A DNA stretch of 64,000 bases from assembly GCA_043228905.1 (NCBI GenBank), contig JBHGNT010000016.1, positions 8,556,001-8,620,000 on the forward strand, read 5' to 3'. This DNA comes from Azolla caroliniana. Taxonomy: Eukaryota; Plantae; Polypodiophyta. The notes beneath the pieces are model-generated. The model had not been told where the DNA came from, searched no databases, and saw only the letters and a program-made list of their open reading frames with translations. Shown here piece by piece: positions 13,292 to 24,430 of the stretch. The translations under genes and the position numbers were made by a program. Each line of letters starts with the position of its first letter. The stretch's first letter is position 1.

Positions 13292-16200
13292 TATTAGAGA
13301 TCTAGGTACTAAAGTAAGTTTAAGATAAGGATAAACTAATGATAGATAGAAAGGAGAAAGAGAAAGAAGGGTGCCGATCCACCCGACCACCCCCGAGCGA
13401 AGGGATCGAGACGGACTCGAGCCTATATCGGCGTCCCATACCACTGCCGTGGCGTCGAGTCGTACCTGGTGTTGGTGCGCTCGCTACAAGAGTTGACCCA
13501 CCACAAGAGCAGAGTCTCGATGTAGTAAAAAAGATGATCAAATGAGGGTAGCTAGGCCTCTTATTTATAGCGATACCCAAGGCCCCCAGGCAAGTTCACA
13601 CTTGACCTAATGGGTTGTCTCAATCCCGAGGATTAAAAGTAATCCTCCCCTTCTTTACACTCTCGTTTAACCCTCACACTTATCCACGTGTATAGAATAC
13701 GACGGTAAATTCTCACCACGGGATATTTAATGGTCATGCCCGTAACATACTCCCCCTCTTTAAAACATTGCACTCTTGCAATGGAAAGTTAGGGAAATTA
13801 GTTTTGAGAGTATTTTCGCGTTCCCATGTGGCATCTTTTATTGATTTATCCATCCATTTTATTTTAAATTCTCGGATTTCTTTAGTACGTAATTTTTTTG
13901 TTGTAACATCGAGAATTTTTTCTGGTACATGTGGTTTAGAAGATAATTCTTCAGAAGTAACCAGAGTTTTAGTTGTAACTGTATTGTCGCTAGAACCTAG
14001 AAGTTCTTTTAGACGACTCACATGAAAGACTAGATGAATTCCAACACCATCGGGAAGAGCGAGACGATAGGCTGATGACCCAATGCGTTTGAGGACTGTA
14101 AAAGGTCCACAAAACCGTGGGGCTAACTTAGCGCACTTACCCGTAGACAATGTCTTAGAATTGTGAGGTACACGTAAAAATACCTTCTGTCCAAGGTTGA
14201 ATACACGAGGTTGCCTATGATGATCGGCATAAAAACACGCTCTATCTTGAGCTATTTTTATATTATCTCGTGCAATATGCAACATATCTTGCATATCCCG
14301 AAGAAAGTTTTGCGTACTTCGCAACTCATCATGATGTATATTAACATCAATTGGGGCTCGTGGCTGAAAACCATACATCAACATAAAAGGACTATATCCC
14401 GTCGATGTATGCTTGGAGCTGTTATAAGCAAACTCCAAAATTGGGAGATAACGTTCCCATTTTGTTGGTTTTGCACCAACGTATGCTCGAAGCATGTCCT
14501 CAATAATTTGATTTACTCGTTCTGTCTGTCCATCGGATTGAGGATGATCCGTGGAGCTCATGCTCAACGTAGTTTCTAACTTCTTAAAGACTTGCGTCCA
14601 AAAGTCACTAGTAAACTTTGGATCTCGATCACTCACGATATCCATTGGTAACCCATAAAAACGAAATAATTCGTCAACGAATTGGTAAGCCAATTCAGGA
14701 GCTGTTACCGTGGTTTTAGTAGCAATAAATCTGGCCATTTTAGTTAGTCGATCAACGACAACCCAGATGGCATCATGACTTTTTTGGGTGCGAGGAAGGC
14801 TAACAATAAAATCCATGGATATACTTTCCCACTTATTATTGGGAATGTCCAAGGGATGTAAAAGTCCTGCGGCTTTAAGTCGCTCGGCTTTGTTAACCTG
14901 ACACTGGTGACATTTAGTCACATAGCTATGTATGTCAAGACGCATCTTAGGCCAATAAAATTGAGTGGAGATGAGAACGAGTGTACGATGTATTCCAGGG
15001 TGCCCTGCTGAGGGTGCATCATGGCATTAAAAAAGAATCCTCCTTTTGACCTCGGGTAAATCTGGAACACAAACCTTCCCATTACGGTAGAGCAAACCGT
15101 TAGCAATGTGGAAGTATTCCTTCGAGGATGTGATGGTGTCTGTTCCAGACTCAACTCTTGCCTAGTATTTTGCAAAATAATTGTCATCAGGATACTTTCC
15201 TCGAAGGTGATCATAAAGATCTGATGTTATTTCAGTGAAGCTAAGCATGTTAACTTCACGGATGCGACTTAGTGCATCAGCGACAGTGTTCACGGAACCT
15301 TGACGATATCGTATGGAAAAATCAAAGTCCTGGATGAGATCAGCCCATCGTGCCTTATGACCTTTCAGGTCTTGTTGGTCACAAAAATATTTCAAGGACT
15401 CGTGGTCCATAGTTACCACAAAGCGATTTCCATAAAGATAGTGGCGCCATGTTTTGAGCGCATGTATAACTACAAATAATCCCTTTTCTTGAACGGTATA
15501 CCGACATTGAGCAGAATCAAGTTTCTTACTCTCGAATGCTATTGGTTTACCATCTTGATACAAGACATCACCTATAGCATAATCACTTGCATTGGTTTCA
15601 ACCTCAAAAGGTTTTGAAGGATCAGGTAAAAGAAGTGAAGGAGCCTTGCAAACCAGGTCCTTGAGTTCCTTAAAGGCGAGGTCTAGTGTAGCATTCCACA
15701 CAATAGGTTTTGTAGACCTACGCATTTGACCTTTTAAAAGAACAGTAAACAGCGTCGTCAATTGGGAGTAATTACGAAGAGACTTTCGCAAAAACTTGAC
15801 AAAACCAAGGAATGATCGAACTTCTCGAATATTCCGAAGAGTGGGCCAAAGTTTGATTTTCTCCATGCGAGAAGGATCAGTTTCAACTCCTCGTTCGGTT
15901 ATGAGATGTCCTAGATAAGTAATTGATTTCTTGAAGAACTCACATTTTGAGATCTTCGCATAAAACTGTTTGTCACGCAATGTTTGTAAAACAAAGCGGA
16001 CATGTTTAGCATGGTCTTTTAATGTACGACTATAAACTAAAATATCATCCAAGAAAATAACAACAAATTTTCGAAGGTGTTCTCAGAAAATGTCATTCAT
16101 TTCTTGTTGAAAAGTAGTCGGAGCATTGGTCAAACCAAAAGACATAACCAAAAACTCGTAATGGCCATAGCTCGTACGAAATGCCGTTTTAGGAACATCG

Positions 16201-17846
16201 TCCTCACTTATACGTATTTGATGGTACCTAGTACGGAGATCAAGTTTCGTAAAATACCGAGCTCCCTGGAGACAGTCAATTAGATCGTCAGCCCGGGGCA
16301 ATGGATACGAATTCTTGATCGTCACTTTATTCAAGCGCCGGTAATTAATACACATACGCCATGTGCCCTCTTTCTTTTTAACCAAGAGTACTGGTGCACC
16401 CCATGGAGATTTACTATAACGTATATAACCCATTCGTAAATAGACCTTGAGTTGCTTCGATACCTCATCTTCTTCGGATCGACTTAAGCGATACAGAGGT
16501 ATACTTATTGGTGCAACACCAGGTACAATATCTATATGATGGTCTATATTACGTTTAGGAGGTAACCCATCAGGTAGTTCACTTGGAAAAACATCATGAA
16601 AATCATTTAAGATTTCATCAAGTTGTTGTTGTTCAAAATATGTTAATTGAACCGAGACATTATCGATATTATAAACGTGAATGTCCGGATCAAGTACACA
16701 ATAAAATAGAGTAGAACAAGACAACTCGGATATTGATGGACACGAGGAAACAATCGAGAGGGATTGTTTTTTTACACATTGAAAATATATACGATCAAAT
16801 ACGTATATACGTGACCACATATACCTATATTAAACATATCGTTATATTAAATAGCCACAAATTATGTGATCGAGATACGTAATCGAGGTATATACCTCTA
16901 CGCACATGAAACATCCACAAATAAGAGATCATCGTAATACACAATTGAGGTATTGACCTCTTACGCATACGAGACCAAACACATATCCTTTACAACAAAT
17001 CAAGGTATTAAACTTATACGCAAACGTAACATATGTTCGTGAACGTAATACGTAATTGAGGTATTAACCTCATACACATACGACACTCATCACATATTAT
17101 TTATATGTCAAACTCGGTATTGACCTCGTGCACATATGTAAACGTTTTAGATAATCAATTAAAGACCACTACAACATCATTGAGTTAATGAAAAAAAATG
17201 ACATATAAACTAAACACATGATTAGATGGGAGAAGAGAGAATAGAAAGAAAAAAAAATATTATGGAAAGAGTTACCGAAGTTCTTTGTTGATCGTTGTCT
17301 GGATCAAGGCCGATCGCACATCGATCGATCACCATCAATCAAAAGAGAAAAGAGAAACAAAGAAACATTAGTACATAAATCTGATACCAAATATTAGAGA
17401 TCTAGGTACTAAAGTAAGCTTAAGATAAGGATAAACTAATGATAGATAGAAAGGAGAAAGAGAAAGAAGGGTGCCGATCCACCCGACCACCCCCGAGCGA
17501 AGGGATCGAGACGGACTCGAGCCTCGATCGGCGTCCCATACCACCGCCGTGGCGTCGAGTCGTACCTGGTGCTGGCGCGCTCGCTACAAGAGTTGACCCA
17601 CCACAAGAGCAGAGTCTCGATGTAGTAAAAAAGATGATCAAATGAGGGTAGCTAGGCCTCTTATTTATAGCGATACCCAAGGCCTCCAGGCAAGTTCACA
17701 CTTGACCTAATGGGTTGTCTCAATCCCGAGGATTAAAAGTAATCCTCCCCTTCTTTACACTCTCGTTAACCCTCACACTTATCCACGTGTATAGAATACT
17801 ACGGTAAATTCTCACCATGAGATATTAAATGGTCATGCCCATAACA
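13292..17846 (-). mobile_element. Chromodomain Ty3/gypsy element H (LTRs 13292-13747 and 17392-17846, TSD CAAAC); pol only
   Basis: About 455-bp LTR pair, PBS TGGTATCAGA at 17380-17389, PPT next to 13747. RT FLDDIL, RNase H ETNASDYAIG, integrase HPQSDGQTER and GPF, chromodomain FKIKW...ATWE. Confidence 0.95.
16875..17135. repeat. Array of five ~56-bp units, each built around a GAGGT-N4-ACCTC-type motif
   Basis: Cores at 16885, 16947, 17002, 17058 and 17114; units 1, 2 and 4 are perfect hairpins. Confidence 0.8.
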
Positions 17847-18189
17847 CAAACGCCCTTGGATGCCGGGTTTCAAAGCAACTCGACGAGATATAGAAGCAAT
17901 AAAGAAAATAAGGGAACGTGAACTACACCGCCTAGAAGCCATGGCTAGGGCACTCTATGCATCGGGATCATGGGTCACACCCACACCAAAAACTTTTGAC
18001 CTCCCACTCCTTTTTGAGAGACTTGGGTGGAAATGAGATTAGGCTTAGTGCAAAGTTTTGTACACTACTAGAACTTTTCTTAGCTTAAGCTATTTTCTTT
18101 TATTTTAGTTTTGATGATTGGATAAACACTCATTTTTGTTGTAACCCAATTGTCTCATGGGCCAAATTTGGCCTTCGAAGATGTTAATA

Positions 18190-18222
<33 letters not shown>

Positions 18223-18614
18223 CTCTCCCTTTGTCTCTCACTTAGACTCTCTCCCTCTCTGTTTTTGACCTAAACCATAATCCTCGTGCTGCCTTCAAAC
18301 TGCTATCAGATCTAGGTTTAGGGTTTTTTGTAGAGTAGAGGTTAGGGTTTTCTACAAAGTAGAGTTTAGGGATTTTTGCAGAGCAGAGTTTAGGGTTTTC
18401 CAGAAGAGCGGGTCACATTTTCTGCAATGCAGGTTTGGTCCTCCATTTGGGCTAAGAAATCATGACTAGCAACAGTGAAAGCAGCCACCTTATGCACATC
18501 AAGAAGCTTGAGGGTGCACATAACTTTGCGGTTTGGAAAAAGCAGTGCCACAACATCTTGCTGTAGAAGAAGCATGCAAATCCTATTAAAGCCAAAGGGG
18601 TAAATCCTACAGAT

Positions 18615-21600
18615 ATGGACGAAGATGATTGGCAAGAATTGAACGAGCTTGCACGCTCGAGTATTGAGTTGTTGGTTTCTGATGTCTTGTTGTTTAATAT
18701 TGAAGGTTTGGACTGTGCCTATTCTATATGGACTAGACTAGAGGAATTGTATGCCCAGAAGACGACAACTAGCAAAGTTTATTGGTGTAAGAAACTTATG
18801 GATTTGCGCATGACAGAGGGTACACCCATGTCGACTCACCTGAGTGACTTCAATTCCATTTTCAGCCAACTGGTTGCCTTGAAATTCATCATTGATGATG
18901 AGTTTAAGGCTACGCTTTTACTTTGCACCTTGCTAGAAAGTTGGGATACTTTCAAGACTGCTATGAGCAATTCAAATGTGATGCTTCTTTATGCCGATGT
19001 AGAGAGTTCTCTACTCATGGAAGAGATGAGTCGGCAAAACAATGCATCCAATAAGTCCTCTAGTGCATTGCATATGAGGGGAAGGTCACAACAGAGAGGC
19101 AAATCTGATAGTTATGGCCGTAGTAAATCACGTGGTAAAGATGTAGAATGCCATCACTGTGGCAAAAAGGGTCACTTTAAGCGTGATTGTTTCAAATGGA
19201 AGAAAGAGAAAGGAAAGGGCAAGAAGATAGATGATTTCATAGAAGAAAAGAGAGACATTCAACCGAGGAAAAGCAATACTAAAATTGAAGAGGTGAATGT
19301 AGTCACTCATGATAGTGATAGTGGAAATAATGGACTCTTTGTTTCATCATGCCATAAAGAACATGCTTTACTTGCAGATACGGATGGTGACATGCACACT
19401 TGGATACTCGATTCCGGTGCTTCTTTTCAGGTCACCCCTCATCATGAGTGGTTTTCAAATTACACAGGGGGTCGACATGGTGTTGTCCATCTTGGGGACA
19501 ACTATACATGTGAAATTGCAGGTATTGGCATTGTGCAAATTACTGTTTCAGCATGGTTCTGCTTTCACACTTTAACATGTACGACATGTACCTCAACTCA
19601 AGAAGAGCTTGATTAGCACAAGACAAGTAGATGATGATGGATTTCACACAACCTTTGGTGATGGGAAATGGAAGATTTTTAATGGATCTAGAGTTATTGC
19701 CAAGGGTAGTAAAAGTGATACTTTGTATCCTCTCCATGTATCTAGTGTGAGTGACCATGTTGTTGCTATAACCGAGAAGCCTAGTGTTTCCTTGTGGCAT
19801 GGCCGGTTGGGACACATGAGTGAAACTGATATGAAAGTATTGTCTCGTTTGGGTTACTTGCCATGTCTTCATTATGCTGATTTTGAACATTGTGATCATT
19901 GTATTTATGGTAAACATGTACAAACATCTCATAAAAAGTCTCTTTCCCTGAAGTCGTCCCCGCTTGCATTAGTACATTTAGATGTATGTCAGATGCCAGT
20001 GCTATTATTAGGGGAAAATAAATACTTAGTCACTTTTTTCGATGATGCTACACGAAAGGTATGGGTTTACCCTATTCGTAGCAAGAATGAAGTGCTCAAA
20101 AAATTTCGAACATTTTTGGTATTAGTTGAGAATCAAATTGATAAGACACTTAAGTGTCTTCGCTCTGACAATGGTGGGGAATATGTGTCCAAGGCCTTTC
20201 AAGCATTTTGTGGCAGCAAAGGGATAAAGAGGGAACTCACTACCCCTTATAATCCACCCCAAAATGGAGTTGTAGAGCGTATGAATCAAACCATTCAAGA
20301 TAAGGTCCATACTATGTTGTCTCATGTTGCGTTTCCCCATGGTTTTTGGGCAGAGGTTGTTATGACAGCTGTTCACTTGATTAATCGGTCACCTAACATG
20401 TCTTTGGGAGGGGGAATACCCCAAGAAGCGTATCGGGCAAGCCACCTTCATATGCTCACTTGAGAGTGTTTGGCTGTGAGGCTTTTGTGCACATTCGTAA
20501 AGAAGAATGCAACAAACTTGAGCCAAAGTCCTGCAAATGTATTTTCCTAGGATACGGTGACGAGGGTGAAATGGGGTATAGATTGTGGGATCCTGAGAAA
20601 AGGAAAATAGTACGTAGCAATGGTGTTATCTTCCAGGAAAATTGCATGCATAAACAACCTGAAAAGACCGAGGAAGTACATAGGGTTGTATTCCAAGAAG
20701 AAATACCTTTTAGATAGAAAAATATGTCCACTGTACAACAGTAAACACTTACTGTAAACTTACTTGAAAATGTAGAGAATGAGGTTGGAAATGATCAGCC
20801 AGCATTTGCCAATAATGATGAGCCACCAAATGTGCAGGAATGGCTAGAACAATAAGTTGTTAATGCTGATTTGCAGGCTGAAATGCCTAGACAACAAGTT
20901 CAAAATGATGATTTGTAGGTAGCTACCAAACAATGAGCCTTGGGTTAGGAGATCGTCTAGAGTTACTAGAAGGCCTGACAGATTTGTTCCTAATGCAAAC
21001 AGTGTGGTTGATTATGTCATGGTAACTGATTGTGGCAAACCGACTTGCTTCAAGGAAGCAATGGACAGACAGGACAATAAGAAATGGTATAATGCTATGT
21101 TCTCAGAGATGGAATATGTTGAGAAAAATGAGACTTGGGATTTGGTGCAGTTGCCTAAAGGGCAGAAAACACTTCCATGCAAATGGGTTTATATAATGAA
21201 GGTCATTTCTGATTCCTCGCCAAAGTACAAAGCAAGATTGGTTGCAAAAGGATACAAGCAAGAATACGGAGTTGATTTTGATGAGATCTTCTTGCCTGTA
21301 GTCTAGATGACTACATTAAGAATCATTTTGGGCTTAGTTGTAGCTGAAGGTATGGAGTTCATACAGATGGATGTGAAGACCGCCTTTTTACATGACGATC
21401 TGCATGAAGACATATATATGCAACAACATGAAGGTTTTTTGGCTAAAGGCAAAGAGAAGATGGTTTGTAAGCTCAAAAGGAGTTTGTATGGGTTGAAACA
21501 AGCACCAAGAGAATGGTATCATAAATTTGATGCATTTATGCAGTCTCAAAGTTTTCGTAGAAGTCAAGTGGACCACTGGTTTTATGGATGCAGACTATGT

Positions 21601-22657
21601 TAGTCACGCAGAAAACCCTACATCTAATGATGAGAAGGCTGAAATGGCTAAGGTTCCACAGGCTTCAATCGTTGGCAGTTTGATATATACGTTGGTTGCT
21701 ACACACCCTAATATTGCCTTTGCAGTGGGAGTGGCTAGTAGGTATATCGCAAATCCCGGCAAAAAGCATTGGGAAGCGGTAAAAGGTATTATGCGATACC
21801 TCAAAGGCACAAAGGACTTGGGCATTTGCTTTGGAAAGCAAAAGGCATCTGTCGTTGGTTTTACAGATGCAGACTATGTTGGTCACACAGATAACCCTAC
21901 ATTTGATGATGAGAAGGCTGAAATGGCTAAGGTTCCATATGCTTTAGCCGTTGGCAGTTTGATATATGCGATGGTTGCTACACGCCCTGATATTGCCTTT
22001 GCAGTGGGAGTGGTTAGTAGGTACATGGAAAATGCCGGCAAAAAGCATTGGGAAGCGGTGAAAGGTATTATGCGATACCTCAAAGGCACAAAGGACTTGG
22101 GCCTTTGCTTTGGAAAGCAAAAGGCATCTGTCGTTGGTTTTACGGATGCAGACTATGCTGGTCACACAGACAACCCTACATCTGATGATGAGAAGGCTGA
22201 AATGGCTAAGGTTCCATATGCTTCAGCCGTTGGTAGTTTGATATATGCGATGGTTGCTACACGCCCTGATATTGCCTTTGCAATGGGAGTGGTTAATAGG
22301 TACATGGAAAATCCCGGAAAATAGCATTGGGAAGCGGTGAAAGGTATTATGCAATACCTCAAAGGCACAAAGGACTTGGGCCTTTGCTTTGGAAAGCAAA
22401 AGGCATCTATCGTTGGTTTTACGGATGCAGACTATGCTGGTCACGCAGACTGCAGGAAGTTTACTTCTGGGTATGTGTTTACTTTCACAGGAGGTGCGGT
22501 CTCTTGGATCTCCAGACTAAAGAAGTGTGTTGCATTGTCTACTACAGAGGTAGAGTATGTTGTTGCAACGGAGGCATGCAAAGGGGCTTTATGGCTTTCA
22601 TATCTAGTGATAGATCTTGGCATTACAGAGTTACCTATTCTTCATAGATGTACTTAA
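18615..22657 (+). pseudogene. gag-pol pseudogene of copia F
   Basis: Fragmented ORFs 18615-19616, 19609-20463, 21004-21603, 21527-22324 and 22337-22657 with copia domain order. Confidence 0.9.
21577..22449 (+). repeat. 279-bp in-frame tandem triplication (plus a partial unit) in copia F RT/RNase H
   Basis: The peptide NPTSDDEKAEMAKVPY...GFTDADY repeats with a period of 279 bp. Confidence 0.95.
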
Positions 22658-24430
22658 TAGCAAGAACATTGAGCTTGTCAAAGTACATATAAATAATAAT
22701 CCTGCAGATCTTCTCACGAAGGGTCTTCCAGCTGAGCAATTTGCTCATTGCCGACAGATGACAGGAGTTGGATAGATGTATGCAGTTCAGCTTTGTACAT
22801 ACTTGGACTTAGCTGACTTTCCTTTTCTTTTCTTTTTTCTTCTCACGACACATTTCCTTTAGGTGGGAGGTTGTTGGGAATAAAGGGCCATCGTGCCTTT
22901 TATTGGTGCACGAGTGTGAACGCACTCGTAGCACACTTTTGACTTGTATATACATAATATCTAAAAAACAAAAAAGAGGTACACTCTTTTTACCTAAGAC
23001 AACATGCATCTCTCTCTCTCCCTTTGTCTCTCACTTAGACTCTCTCCCTCTCTATTTTTGACCTAAACCCTAATCCTCGTGCTGCCTTCACGATGTATAG
23101 GGTCCGGCTCAAATGGCTACATTCGGCGGATGCCGATATTACGTGGCCTTCATCGACGACTTCTCCAGGCACACCTGGATCTACCCCAGGCACACTTCCA
23201 AAAATTCAAGAATGAAGTCAAGAAAGCCACGGGCCGACATGTAAGATGTCTTCGGTAGGATGGAGGAAAAGAGTACTTCTCCGACGAATTTACGACGTAT
23301 CTCCGAAAGGAAGGAATTCGATGAGAATTCTTGTACCGACACACACCTCAGCAAAATGGTGTAGTTGAACGAACAAATCGGCACATCCTCGAAGTAGCAC
23401 GAGCCATGTTTAGCGAAAAGCACCCGCCGAAGTCGTACTGGGCAAAAGCGGCTAACATGGCCATATACCTCATGAATCGATGTACGACATCGGGTGTGCA
23501 CGAACTTACTCCACGTGAGAAGTTTTTTGGAAAGAAGTTGGACCTATCACATGTTCGGATATTCGGCTCCATTGCGTATGTGCACATCGTCGACAAGAAG
23601 TGACAAAAGCTCGACCCGAAGTCGGAGAAATGTATCCTCATAGGATACTCACTAGAGAAAAAGAGGTACAAGTGCTATAACCCCTCAACTCGAAAATCTC
23701 AAGTCGAGACGTCGTTTTCGACAAGTCCGCATCTTGGTACGCATGAGAGACAACTTCGACTCCGATTCCGCTCGAACAGGAATCCGCCGAAATAGAGATA
23801 GAAGCCGAAGATCGGCTCATGCACATGTACGAAGAAAGCCGGATTACGACAAGACTTAGTGGGCTACAAGAGCCCGGAGCGACCAACGCACATCTCGGCC
23901 TAGTCTGAAGATGGACAAAGGGAAGGCGAAAATGCCAAAGTATGAAGACAATCACTTCGACGACAACAAATCGACACATTCCCTCGATAGTGAGTTTGAA
24001 GGCGTTGACATCTGGACACATGGAACGAAGAAAGCCTTAGTATCTGCAAACGAGAAGCTCTGTCGATCCACCTATGAAAAGAACCCCGTAAGCCGATTCG
24101 GCTACAACGATTATATGGTGTACCATTACGCTTTTATGATGAAGGTAGCGACAGTACGGGAGCCGGAAATTCGAGTTGAGCTTGAGGGGGCGTGTTGAGA
24201 ATCAAGCTCAACATAGTGCAACGTGTGAACACACCTTTTGAGAATCTATGATTACTCAAAAGTCAAGAGTCACACCACTACTCTCTACACATTAACTATG
24301 TGTCATATAATCATATTCTATGACACATAACTAATGAGTTACATATTCCCCATGACTATGAGTCTTCACATTCCCCAAGAGAGAGTGGTTGTCGTAGTTA
24401 GTTAATGAAGAGAGAGGGTCACTATAATAA

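Larger units (their letters stand above)
10351..18220 (+). mobile_element. 5'-truncated non-LTR retrotransposon (RTE/RTEX-like LINE G), split by chromovirus H, ending in (CTTT)7
   Basis: Endonuclease end STIDYLI, RT GVKQGCPLSPTLFG and LLYADD, C-terminal CRLCHIEIEDEYHFTCKC. The ORF resumes after H (RRTK|RPWMPG...LGWK*, stop near 18036). Tail at 18193-18220. Confidence 0.88.
10220..23090 (+). mobile_element. Ty1/copia element F (5' LTR split as 10220-10350 plus 18221-18297; 3' LTR 22872-23090; TSD CGATA/CGATG)
   Basis: LTR pair, PBS TGCTATCAGA at 18301, PPT at 22861-22871. Gag knuckle CHHCGKKGHFKRDC, protease WILDSGAS, integrase [20 protein letters not shown], RNase H DADY. Many stops and frameshifts. 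Confidence 0.92.
10181..24223 (+). mobile_element. Degenerate Ty1/copia X (outermost host): integrase pieces 10181-10219 and 23091 onward, RT/RNase H deleted, 3' LTR begins at 24193
   Basis: Joined flanks read NVSKGVLDAIHSD|V*GPAQMATFGGCRYYVAFIDDFSRHTW, followed by TPQQNGVVER. PPT GAGGGGGCG then TGTTGAGAATCAAGCTCAACA, similar to the LTR start of copia Y. Confidence 0.75.

Noticed and set aside
16875-17135. Hairpin array as a CRISPR array
   Set aside because: Eukaryotic retroelement context, degenerate 14-bp cores, spacers related to each other, and no cas genes.
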